Shown in pieces: positions 28,201-40,858 of a DNA stretch of 64,000 bases (position 1 is the first letter of the stretch; each line of letters opens with the position of its first letter). A program made the translations under genes and the position numbers. Below the pieces are notes generated by a model. That model was not told the DNA's origin, made no database searches, and saw only the letters and a program-made list of their open reading frames with translations. This DNA is from Yuukianura sp. NJ FZ-2021. Its lineage: Eukaryota. Location of the stretch: the NCBI GenBank assembly GCA_046563655.1, contig CM102287.1:7254001-7318000 (forward strand), read 5' to 3'.

Positions 28201-29851
28201 AACCAGAAGCATAACCAACACTACAGTTCTGCAACCCCAAGCATGAAATTGGCAAAGCCAAAAATAAAACCTAAGTTAACGTGTCGTATGCTGCAGGATA
28301 TCGAATTGACGTCATCCCCGTCTGCAACCAAATCTTGTACAATTAGTTTGTAGTCCAGCGGCATTTCCTCGTAGTATAACGTTTCTAGCTTCTTCCTCCT
28401 ACGATCTGTTTTCCACGCGTGCCAAATATCCTGAAAAAAAAACCCAAAATGTTAAATATAGTCCAAAAAGTCAATAACAACCTTTGTTAATTAACTTCTC
28501 ACTTCAAAATATTACACTTTACTTCCTTAAGTACAAAACACAACTAAACTTTTCCTTTAATTTGCAATTAGTAAAATAGGCATAACCATCAACCAGTGTT
28601 GAAAGTTACAATCAACAACTCATTTCATCTCCATTTACTCTGCCTCATACACCCAACTTCATCAAATTTTCAACACGTCAAAGTTGATTATGGATCATTA
28701 TGGCACTTTAAGCCTTTCCTGACTTTGCCTAGTCTCCGTACCCTCAATTGACTAAAATTGTTTGCTTTCGTACAATTCCTAAATTACAAAATTAATGGAG
28801 TTCCTCAAAGTTAGAATCCTCAAACGCAAATCATGAAGTTAGTAACCCGGTTAAACCATTTTCTCAGTCTAACTTAAATTTTTGCCTCTTTTCTAAAATA
28901 TAAATGAGACTTGAAGGAGTAAAAGCTTGTACTAAAAGGAAAATGATCCCGCGATTTTGCAAAACACTTAACTCTCATTACTAAAACAATACTTTCGCCA
29001 GTCACTTTCTGTCGAGTTAGGCTTTCTGCATGCAGAATTCATTCTATCCATAAAACAATGTCGACGCCCTTATGTTAGGTTAAGAAATCGACTAAGTTGC
29101 AGAAAGAAAAAATTTATTGATTTGAGTATTGGGTTAAAAATCGTATACATAAAAATTGGGCATTCCAAATAACACGTTCATCTCTGCAGTGCAGTAGAGG
29201 AAAAAATAATTTATTTCACTTTCTCTTACTTTCTCTTTCTCTTTTTCTCTCCCGTGATTCTTGTATTGTGTGGGAGTAAGTCGGTGAAGTGGAAGGTTAG
29301 AATTCCAACCTAACCGTTAAGGTTAGGCTGGAGAAAGACTGCGCATTAAAGACAACCCAGTTCCAATCAGCAGTGTAACCTCCCGTGCTCTGTTCCAGGG
29401 ACAACTCTAGCCTACTTTCTCCCTAACTTAACCATTCCAGAAGTTCCTCCTTCCGTATTACCTCCCTGGAACTTAACACCAGCCAAGTCCCATCCCTCAA
29501 CAAATTTCAGTTTTCCACAAGAAGATATAAAGGACACTTTGGAAGGAACGCCAAGGGCAGTAGGCTTCAGTCCAAAAGTAAGGCTCAGGGGTGGAACAGT
29601 GCCTCACTTTCTCCAGCTTTCTTCCAGGAAAGCATTCTTCCAGGAAGCTTTTCGTACTTTATCACCTTACCAAAACCACTCACTGTCCATTAAGTGTCAC
29701 ATTACTGCTGATCCCCATCTCTAAAGTAAACCGGATCAACTCCAGGAAACAACTAAATCAACCCAGTCACCTCCAGTACAGCTCCATTTCAATGTAATAG
29801 GGCTTCAGTATCATCAATTCAGCAGCCGAAATTCCGAAAAATCGGTCACTT

Positions 29852-30407
29852 CAGGCTTGCACCACAAGTTCGGTGTGCATGCAAGGGGTCTCGGTCACGC
29901 TAGTCTGGCGGAAGAAAGGAGAACTACTTGTTATCAGCAATGATAAGGGTCTTCTCCTCGAAGCAGTGCACAGTGGCATACGTGGCTTGTTTTTGTGGAC
30001 AAATTTTAAGAGTTTATTTTTTGTTAAAATGTTATACATTTTATACATTATAAAGTTATTCATTAAATAATTTGAGTTAAATATGTTTCATTAATTAGCA
30101 TAAGGTGATTTTAGACTGTAAGTGAGTTTTTCAAACATAAATACCTTAAGTTATGGGTGTTTACCAACGGACCACCTTATGCTAATTAGTGAAATATATT
30201 TAACTTAAATTATTTAATGAATAACTTTATAATGTATAAAATGTATAACATTTTAACATAAAATAAACTCTTAAAATTTGTCCACAAAAACAAGCCATGT
30301 ATGCCACTGTGCACTGCTTCGAGGAAAAGACTTTTATCATTGCTGATAACGCGTAGTTCTCCTTTCTTCCGCCATTGCATGCACACCGAACTTGTGGTGC
30401 AAGCCTG
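29852..30407. mobile_element. hAT-type MITE with ~235-255-bp TIRs and an 8-bp TSD
   Basis: Termini CAGGCTTGCACCAC and GTGGTGCAAGCCTG. GGTCACTT lies on both flanks (29844-29851 and 30408-30415). Confidence 0.92.
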
Positions 30408-30946
30408 GGTCACTTCACGTGTCAGCACAGTGATTGAGTGATTCGAAACGCAATTTGTCACAGTAGTTTGGAAAATTTATCTTTTTCACAAAACACAAAC
30501 GAACTTCACCTAACTGCCAAGCCACCTTCAGTTTCAGTCGTCGTGTTCTGCACTTTTTCTTTCAAACGGCGTCTACACTCGACATTCAACAATTTTTGGT
30601 CAATCGAATCCCATTCTGATGGAAAAAAAAATCCAGTTGGAGTTTGAATTTTGAAAAATTCAGTCCATTCAATTTTAGTTCCAAAAGTCAGTCCAATTTC
30701 GTACAGATTTATGACACGCGTGGTACAAGTGCGGATTTTGTGCTGATCAAATAGAAATTGAATTTGAAGGTTCAAAAGTAGTGCCGATAAAGTTCATTCC
30801 CGGTGCCCGAAGGCTTTCAAAAGAAAGGAAAAGTGGTTATTCAATTTGCCAAAATTCTCCAAAATTTTGAAATATTTCAAAAAAGAAGAATGCTAAAAGT
30901 CTTTCAAAATTGGGAAGTAAAGTGAGCAACAAAGTGGACCTACGGT

Positions 30947-33900
30947 ATGGAATCACCCAACTACTATCCAAACTGTGATACAAGTATTTGGCTACGAACT
31001 GCAAAAGATGAAATTAAGAAACCCATTGAAGGGAAAGTTACTTACGGTAAAAAAATATGTTATTTTCACTTCACTTTTCAAAATTCAGCCTAACCTGTTA
31101 AAACAAAATCACTTCTTAAACGCCACTGCTTATTTCCACGCGAAAAACGCCGACTTTCTAGAAAAAAATTAAAGTTTTGCAGAATGTCCCTCTTTCGCTA
31201 CTGAAAGATTAACAAAATTATTCATATGTTTCAAAACCATTTTTAAAAGAACCAAAAAAAACTGTAAGCTTGCTTTATAAAACACATGAAAAACTAGCCG
31301 TAATTTTTGTTTTTTTTTTCATAAAAAGGGAAAGTTCCAGCCTGGCTAAAAGGAAAACTAATCAGAAATGGTCCAGGAGGGCCCGATGCCTATGGCAAGG
31401 GCACTTGCAAGCATCTCTTCGATGGTCCTGGTAAGTGTTAATTAACTAATTGGATTAGTTAATTGACTTTTAAAAAAACACAGGCCAATCGCTAGAACTC
31501 AAAAAACCGAAAATTTCAAAACTTCCGCTAAAACCAGGGGAAAAAAACAGTTACAAACCGAATTATGTAGATAGCACCAGAAAAATTTGCTTTCTTTCCT
31601 GTAGGCCTGCTTCACAAATTTGACATTTCCAATGAAAAAGTGTTCTACACCAATCGTTACGTCAGAACAAGAGCCTACACACGGAACATAACTTCAAGAC
31701 GCCTAATTTTAAGTGAGTTTGGTACTTTTGCTACACCGGATCCATGTCGTCGAATTTTCTCACGGTAAGAACAACATCTCTTCTTTCAACACGCAAAATC
31801 AATCATAAGTAAAACAAATGACTTTCTTCGTTCCTTTCAACAACTTTCTGCTCCCTCGGAGCCCTTAAGTTCAAAACTGAGCACCTTTTTTTTTCAAAAT
31901 TCATCATCTTTTTCTCAAAATTCACCAGTTTTTCAAAATATTCCAGCGTCTCCGCCCTGTTCAACTGCCAACTTGAAAAATTGATGACAGATACGGCCAA
32001 TATCAGTATTCATCCATTTGGAGACGAGGTCTACACTTTGTCAGAAACTCCATTTGCTCACAGAATTGACCTCGACACGCTCAAGACAGTCAGCACGGTA
32101 AGGAAATCCAACTTCCTTTGGTTCAATTTCACAAAAAGTAACTTCGTTAGTTCCTTTAGTACGTCAAGGGAGAACCGGAAAAGTAAATGAAACTCCCAGC
32201 ACATCCTGTCTTCATTTAATTGACAACGCGAAGGAACTTTCTCTTTTCTCTTTTCAGATCAACGTCCACGACCATTTCGGAATAATCAATCATACGTCAC
32301 ATCCTCACATCGACAGTTCACAAGGGAAAGTGTACAACTTGGGTCAAAAGTTAAGTCCATGGTATGGTCCACACTACATCATAGCAGAAATGTCCAGCAT
32401 CTCTGACACTACTCCGGTGACCTCTGACCCTGACGTTTCCAGCAGTCCCTGGTCAACTGCCCGTGAAGTTGCTAAAATCCCATCAAGATGGCCGCTGAGC
32501 CTGAGCCTCTGCTATATGCATTCCTTTAGCCTTACGCCCAAGTACTTTATACTCGTAGAACAGCCCATGTCAATCTCTCTCTTGCGAATTCCATACAATT
32601 TGGTATGGGGTGAAAAGCCGATTTCAGCGTCCCTCCAGTTTCTTCCAGAAGAAGACACGATTTTCCATGTCATTGGAAGAGGAGAGGAGGGAAAGGAGTT
32701 CAAAAGGAAGTTCAGATCTCCCGCATTCTTCTTTCTTCATACTATCAATGCCTTTGAGCAGTTTGAAGATGGGAAGGAGATCGTTACTGTAGATGTCTGT
32801 ACGTACAAGGATCCTAAAATGATCGAGTGCCTCTACATAGATGCTCTCAAGGTAAAGTTAACCTAACAACCTACCCTTAACCTAATATTAGGCTAGTCTT
32901 CTAGAACAGATTCTTAGCTTCTCAGTTTCTGCGGTTAGGTTTACTCACCACACTGACCTCTCTTGGGATCCCAAAAGTTACAAATGCCTCCAAGGTCTTA
33001 GGTTGAGCAAATAAGAATCTCCGAAATCCCCGAATCTCGGTTCTTTTGGATTCAATTTAGTTTTTGAAAACAAAGTTTCCTGAACTACACAAGACAAGAA
33101 CGAAGAATCTGAATCAAAGTTTCATTGTTTTGTGTAGGATGCTCAATCCAATCCAGACTTTGCTACAATGTTCCGGGCAAGACCAAAACGATTTCGGATG
33201 GAAATTTCACATGAGGAGACGCCGGAGTCTCCGTTCATCCCATTGGCCGAAACTGAACTGATTGTTGACATTGGCTGTGAAACGCCGCAGATCAACTACG
33301 ACAAGTACAACGGCCTGCCCTACACATACTTCTATGCCATTTCATCCGATGTGGACTGTGCAAATCCTGGAACTGTAAGAAAAATTCAATCCCTAAAGCC
33401 AACATGAGCTCAACCGAAAAAAAGTTTTGGAAATTGTCGATTTTTATCAAATTTTCAAAAATTTAGTTGATCAAGGTCAACACGGCCACAAAGACTGTCC
33501 AAACCTGGAGCGTGGCAATGGGGTAAGAGCGCATCAAAAAACGTACTTTTTCATATCCGATTTTTCAAACTCTCCAAATTGTTTTTCAAACTCTCCGAAT
33601 TTTTCTTAAACCTAATCTCGTTAACTTTTCTTTCTTAGCTACCCAAGCGAGCCAATTTTCTGTCCTACTCCAAACTCCAAAGTAAGCAACACGCTTCCTA
33701 CTTTCACTTTTTAGTTTTAGTTTTTAAAAGAAGAACAAACTGAGGCGGAAGTTGTGTTAATTGACAGGATGAAGATGATGGGATCATTTTGTCTGCCATT
33801 CTCTACGGTGGAGAACTGACAGCGGGGCCTAATTCTCTGAGCCTGGTAATTTTGAGTGCTAAGAAATTGGAACTCCTTGCCAAAGTAGACTTTGAAACAA

Positions 33901-34070
33901 ACTCGGTGATACCAAAATGTCTTCACGGTTGGTTTTTTCCTGAAAAGAAGTCTAGTTTAGCCCATCAAGTACAGACTACTACTGCAGTGTCGTCGTCATC
34001 GACAGGAGCAGCGTCGTCAGCGTCTGGGAGGAAAGCTAAAACCGCAGAGACAAAAGGAAGTTCGCCCTGA
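30947..34070 (+). CDS. ninaB: Carotenoid isomerooxygenase (RPE65/BCO family), multi-exon
   Basis: YYPNCDTSIWLR, LIRNGPG, HLFDG, EFGTFATPDPC, four iron-binding His contexts (SHPH, YMHSF, FLHTIN, CLHGWF), ETPQINY, YPSEPIF, EDDG. Confidence 0.92.
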
Positions 34071-35698
34071 AAATCCGATTATAATTTTCCCCACAGCTTC
34101 ATTTCCGTCTCTATTGAAACTGAAAGAAGCGCTAGCCGCTGCTACCACAAAGAAACTATAGCTTTCTATACGAATTAATTTTGCAGTCGTCGTCGGATAG
34201 AACCAGTCGAATTTAGTCCAAGCCCAGAGTTAAGGATTAGAAAGTGTAGCCTCTGCATTTTAAATACCTGCTGGAGCCGAATTCGTTTTCCTAATCCCAA
34301 ATTTTAGCGGTCTACGGTTCTTTGCAAAAGAAAAACAGTGAAAAAGCTTTTTTAACGTGACCGAACTTAAAAACTCGCAAGTCAAAATCGATCCAGACAT
34401 TGGATGCAGCAGTTACTTAAGTTTTTGGCTAATTTTACATATCAAAGGCTTCGGAGCTGCGATTTACGAATTATGTGGCAAGAGTGACCGGTCCTGCCTG
34501 AACGCTTCCCAGTTCCCTGCTAATGTTAACTAACTAATCTAATCGGTGAACTTGGACCGTACCTGTGTGGATTTGTCCTGCTACGTCCTACGTCCATTCC
34601 ATTTAAAAGTGTTAATTGATCCTCCAAACCTATATCGTGTGGTACATGTACTCAAAGCAATAAGAATAATAAAAATTATAGAAAAATGAATTTATAAACC
34701 AACTTTTCTTAAGTTAAGAACCTTAGTTAGCAGGAAGCCAAAGATTTCCAGCGTCAAGCACCCGAAGCACCACTACGCATTACAAAATGGTGAAAGTATT
34801 CGAATATTTCAGGCTCGAAATCCTCCAGGGACTGCGAGACTGCGACTGGTACTTATTTACAACTAATAAATTGATTGGCTATGTGCTGCTAAAGATAAAC
34901 GCTGTTTAAAATTAATTTCCGTATCTCTCACGCACGTACACAATCTAACTTCAGATCTGATCCTGAACCTCCATTCTTCCTCATGAATCCTCCACTTCAA
35001 TCATCATTTGCTTCTGCTTTTACCGTTTAGACAGGAAAGATGTTTTAAAATTAAGAACATTCAATATTCAATTTGCTATTTTACACTTACGGACTTTGTT
35101 GAGTTTTTTAGAGTATTGCTGGCGATGATGAAGACTTGAGTACTAATGTCACTGGTGTTAATCTCAATTCTCACAGCAGATGCATGTTGGATTTTACTGC
35201 AAAAAAGAAAAAATTATGATCTTGCTTTAATTGATTATTAATTAAAAGTTACCCAGCGAATTGACTGATCTGATTACCTACTTTTTGGGAATCTTGCGCA
35301 CAGAAAACAATATTTTTACTCAAAGTGTCTCTCTCATCTGATCGAATCCAACCAACTCACAAGTCCAAACATAAAAATCAAACATTTCCTGCCAAACTTA
35401 CTGACACTTACAGCTAAAAACCGGAAGTGTGATGTGCTGATTGAAGGATTGAACTCAACTTTAATACTGTTCTGAGAGTCAGATTCTTCAACATGTGGTG
35501 TTTTTAAGTGTTTATATAATAGAAACGCCTCCCTCCAATTGATTTCTCTTTCAAAGTAGCGCCAACCACATAACAGTACCAGTACCAGACACAGGGTGCT
35601 CCTTGTTGCCACCGTTGGAAGTTAAGTTAAGTGTATTTTACAATTATAAAATCTCACTTCCACTTTCAATTCATTAGTTGACTACTCGTAAATCAGAG

Positions 35699-36478
35699 AT
35701 GTTGTCATCTCTTGTCAAAGAACATCAAGCCAAAACCCAAGGACTCAAGGATGAACAAGAACGGAAGAAAAAAGAGGCACTGGCTGCTGCCAACGGATTG
35801 ACACAAGGGATCGTTGACCACTTGAACGTTGGGTAAGTTAGATCAATTACTAATTAACACCAACATTGATTAGTAACCAGATTTGGTTGTCAACTTCCTG
35901 GAAAACTCTAATTGAAATTTGAAGGCAAAAACAGGTGAGAAAAGGAGGTGAAGTTTTTGGTTATTGATTTTTTTTTAAAATTCAAATCTCATCTGTTTCG
36001 CGCTCACAACACAAAAGACGCTTGGTCATAACCGCGTTTTTTGAATCGAAGAAAGTTATGACGTTTTCTAATCGATTTGTAAAAGGTATTAATTTGGATT
36101 AATAAAAGTAATAATTAAAACGGTTTTGGTTTTTCCAGTGTGGCTCAAGCTTACGTAAATGAGAAACGATTGGATGCTGAAATGCGAACTCTTACTACAA
36201 ATGCTGCTCTATTTACGAAACAAACACAACAATGGGTCACGTTAATCGAAAACTTCAATACAGCGCTAAAAGAGCTCGGTCATGTGCAAAGTTGGGCCAA
36301 ATCAATTGAAAACGATGTCAAAATCATTACGTCTTCTCTGGAATATGTCTACAAGGGTAAGTCCGTGTCGCTTGATACCCTTGTTTTTCGTCTAAATGCT
36401 GATTCCTGAAATTGAAATCACTTTTTAGCTTCACAAGATCAGGGATCCAGTTCTGGAAGCGGGACGACTACGGGTTAA
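35699..36478 (+). CDS. BLOC1S1: BLOC-1 subunit 1 (GCN5L1); exons 35699-35832, 36139-36356, 36429-36478
   Basis: MLSSLVKEHQAK..IVDHLNVGVAQAYVNEKRLDAE..NFNTALKELGHVQSWAKSIENDV..LEYVYK. Confidence 0.95.
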
Positions 36479-36631
36479 AACTGAAAGGCGCTGGAACAAA
36501 TACTTTCAGATTCCGCAGCAAGCAGCTAATTTTGTTAATTTATTTTGAAACTACGGTCAGTCAATTTTGGATGTTAGACTCTTAACCAGATAATTTAGAA
36601 TTGATACAGTAAAGATCAAGGCAGTTCAATT

Positions 36632-39600
36632 TCAAGTTTGTGCTGCTGATGGACGCGGTAGAATCGTCGATACTTTAGGCATTGCTGATGGACGCGGCAT
36701 AGTCGTCGATACTTTAGTCATTGCTGATGGACGTGGCATGAACGTCGATACTTTAGCCATTTCTGATGGACGTGGCATGGACGTCGATACTTTGCTGATT
36801 GCTGATGGACGTGGCAGAGTTGTAGATACTTTACTTGACATCGGACGTCGAATCTTCTCTTCTTGAAGTCGCTTCCAGCAGCAGCGTACGATCTGTGTAT
36901 CGGGTGCTAAGCGAAATGGTTTTGACCCGTCAGACTCCGTGTACCGGTTAATTTGGTATTCAATTAAGGTTTCATAGCCCAACACGTCGGAACACAATTC
37001 CTGCAAATCACGGGAATTGGTTAAAACTTCAGAAATTCATCTTAGGTAAGCTAATTTTCTTACGATTGACAATGCATTTGTATTTGTAGTCATGATGCCA
37101 ATGAACTTTTTGTCTTTCCCAATCCGGATCAATTCTTCCTCGACGTAGGTCATCAGCGGCACATTGTCAGCTTCCGTCACCAGTTCGTGTGTGCCCATCA
37201 TGAAGCTGTGGATGATCTTCTTCCTTCCCTTGGGCAACTTTAACCTAGTGTTGAACATTAGGTTAATATACCGTAACTTGACTTAAATTTAGATTACATA
37301 AGGTCATTACTTCGATGGAGCTTCAACAAAATCCAGAAAGTCCAGGACAGTTTGGATACCGGGAGCTGCCGGAACTCCTTTCGGTTCATCGTAGAGATCA
37401 AAGTTCAGCGCAACCGCAACTGCCTTCTTGTCTTCTCTCCGGCGGACAATAAAGCTGAAAGTAAAAACATTCTTTAAATACTTGTATTATTTAATTTTAT
37501 AGCTGTATAATTTTTATAATTATATGTTTTGTAGTTGATCTGAAGCTAAAATGGTTACCTCAACCCCTTCTTCTGGAGTGTCGGATACAAAGCACGCATG
37601 AGTTCCTTGAAGTCCTGATGTGACGCATTCGTGTACACTTCCAAGTCACCTTTTCGTGAGAAACTGTCGGCAATTATTCTGAAAAACAAAAAGTTATAAT
37701 AATCCAGTTTTCAATTTTTTCAAAATTATTTTTTCAAAATTTTTAGAAAATGGACAGCTAGTGGAGCTCTTTGACGGAAAGACTTACGCAGTTGCTTCAA
37801 TTTCGTGCATACTGGCGAGGAATTCGGAGTAGTACTTGTGATGATGCTTGAGTGCACCAGTGTTGATCGTCGCTCCAGGCTTGTTGTGCACAGTCGACAC
37901 AATTCTGGGAAGCATGTCTTTGAGGCTTTTGGCAGAAACGAACTCGTCCAAGCCTAAAAGCGTCCAATCAGGATTGAAGAAATTAAAAATCTGAAATTTC
38001 CGAACTCAGGCGCTGATTCTCAAAATTTTATGCCAGGAGGAGGAAGTTTAAAATTCAAAGTTACCAATATGAAACTTCTTCAGACGAAGTCTTGTGACGA
38101 CTGCGACGGAATTGAGCGACGTTCCACCGAGGTTGAAGAAAGATTCATCAAAGTTGTCAATGATGTCGGATGGATGAAGGTGAGTGACGTCGGAAATTGC
38201 TTGCACAAGTACTTTTGCTTGTTCCTCCAACTCTGGTGGCAAGTGGAGTTTACTCCAAGGATCCACACAGATTTCTGTTCGAAATCAAATTTTGAAAAAT
38301 TATACTTTTGATTTTTTGAATTTCCGATTTTCCAATAATTTTGAACAGATGATTTCGGATGCTTACGGTCAGCGTCAACCACTTTGCGTCGCTCGGTTTC
38401 AAAATGAGCCAAAAGTTTTTGGCGATCGATCTTTCCATTGAGGAGCAGCGGAACTTCTGAGATCAATTTGACCTCTGGAATTTCAAATGTTTTAAGAGTA
38501 TTCTTCAGCATTGACGCAATTTCAGCTTCGGTGACCTCAGGCTTTGCAGGAATTATGAATGCAACAATAACCTAGATTTTGAAGTTTTAGCTTTTTATAA
38601 AATTTTGAAATCTTTCTTTTTGATTTCCAGGTCCAAGTGCTCACTTGATCTTCTTTGTCAGGATTGAAGCAAAGAACAACTGCTTTGCTAATCAAATTCG
38701 CTTGACTGTTGAGAATCCCTTCAATTTCGGTAAGGTCAACACGATGACCTCTGACCTTGACTTGTGTATCGTTTCGACCTTCAAAAAACAAGGCTCTACG
38801 TCCATATTTGGTTCCGATCCGAACGAAGTCTCCGGTTTTGTACAAGCGATTGAAACCTGGAATCCAAACGAATCAGTCAAATTTCAGTTTTTTGAAGAAA
38901 AAAAATTCAATCATTAGCCTCATTTTTTTCGGATTTTGAAACAAGTTTCAGAAAAGCCGAAGTTTACCGAGCGTATTCGTAAATGGATTGTCCAGAAACT
39001 TGTCCGAGGTTTGCAAGCCGACATATCCAGAAGACAAATTGTATCCAGCGACATACAATTCTCCAGTTTGGCCTTCCGGAGTCACCTCCATGTTGTCATT
39101 TAGAACGTATAGAACAGTGTTAAATATTGGACCACCTGAAATGTCAAAGGTCAGGATCAAATTTTGAAAAGCAAGGTACAAATTACTAAAAATCCAAAAC
39201 TTAAATGATTTTTTTTCTTATCCAACCAATTGCAACGTTGGATTTATCCACTTTCTTGTTCAGATCTTCAGCGGATGTGAACACTTCGTATGCCACATCA
39301 CCCATATCTTCCGTGCTTCCATAAAAATTGCACAGCGTTGCATTTGGAAATTCTCTGAAAAAATCTTCCGCCAGCTCCCGATGAAGCGTTTCACTACTGC
39401 AGATCCAAAATTTGATGCTGTCCAGCTTCTCTCGCCCTTTCCCAGCTTCATCGTCATCAAGCAAGCGCAGAGCACCCAGAAGAGCTTGAAGCAGCGATGG
39501 AACCACAAGGATTCTTGTAATCTGCGCAGCATGGATGCTTCTAATGAAGAAATTTGGATTAGTCACAACGTGTCTTGAAAAGATGTGGATCCCAATTCCA

Positions 39601-40558
39601 CGCAAAAGCGGTCCAAAAATTTCAGGAATTGAGTCAACAAAGGTGAAAGCCGTTTTGGCACAGCATTTGTCCGTTTCTTCATAAGGAAACGTCGCCCACT
39701 GCCAGTACAATCGGTTCATGATGGTACTGAAATTTCAAAACCAAAACTAAAATTTTCAACTTTTTTTTTCAAGAATCGTATTGGTTGCTGGAAATCGGAA
39801 TCGCTGGAAACGACAAAAAGCGTCACATTAAATCTTACCTGTGTTTCAAACGAACTCCTTTGGGCGCTCCGCTGCTTCCACTTGTATAAAAAATGACAGC
39901 AACTCGGTCAGCCAGCGATTTGACCTTGGACGGAAACGGAAGTACCCGTGTTGCTTCAATTTCCTTCGACCTGTTCACAAGGTCATCGTATGTCGCCACC
40001 TCTGTTAGGTCCGTCACCGCTCCAAACTTTGACACCGTGGATGACAAGGCATCTGAGATGACCATGATCGGTCTACAACTTGTGACCATACTAACGACTC
40101 TGTTTTCTGGATATGTGTGGTCAATCGGAACATAGGCTGCGCCTAACTTATGAATTGCAAACATGGAGAAGATCAAGGCTTCGGATGGCGGGAGACATAA
40201 GGCAATGACCCAGTCACCATTTGGATTGTAGTTTCTAAGGTCCTTTTCCTTAGCAAAGGCTTTGATTGCTAAAGCCAACTTGGTTGATATCTTGTCCAAG
40301 TCCCAGAAGGTCGTTGACCTCTCGTCGTCAATGAGCGCCACTTTTGATTGGACGGAGAACTCTGTGACGTAGGTCCGGAAGTACTCCATGGTAGATGCAT
40401 TTCCTGGGTAAGACTCCAGTTTTCCTTGCATGATGCAACTCAATTTGCCTGATATGTTAATTAACCCAATTAATTCAAATTCAATGTAAAAGGTCAAAGG
40501 TCAACTCGTTTTTACATTGTCCACGACATCCGTCCGGCATCCTTGGAAGAAGCGACAT
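36632..40558 (-). CDS. ebony: Ebony-like single-module NRPS, copy 1 (adenylation, thiolation, aaNAT-like C-terminal domain)
   Basis: [49 protein letters not shown], carrier motif [24 protein letters not shown]. Confidence 0.92.
36640..36838 (-). repeat. 39-bp (13-aa) coding tandem repeat xKVSTxMPRPSAx, 5 copies, in the ebony copy 1 tail
   Basis: ttgctgatggacg...gtcgatacttt repeated five times. Confidence 0.9.
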
Positions 40559-40858
40559 GACGATCTGTCCCGCTCCAGAATTTAGTCAACTGAAAATTTA
40601 GAGATTCTGCTTTTCTTCAACGCCGCTCTTCACATCTCTAATACGAAAAATCCTAAAATTTTGAAAATCTAAAATCCAAAAATGCAAACCAGAAGAAACA
40701 CGTTTTGGTAAATCCAGAGTTGCTATGGAAATAATTCAATAATTTTGAAAATGAAACTTGTTTTTCTAGTCCGTTTTTTCTCAAATTTTGATCATTCTGT
40801 TTCTGACAGTCGAGCAGTCAAGAACTCTCCACCATTTTGTGCATTCCGTGTCCAGAGA

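Noticed and set aside
26100..29460. Scattered CCTAA/TTAGG telomere-like motifs and a small cctaacc-gttaa-ggttagg hairpin
   Set aside because: Not tandemly arrayed, and no element boundaries or TSD could be defined.
29851..30461. Mirror-image ORFs (..WRKKGEL..LYILYIIKLFIK) on both strands
   Set aside because: Produced by the two arms of the hAT-type MITE.
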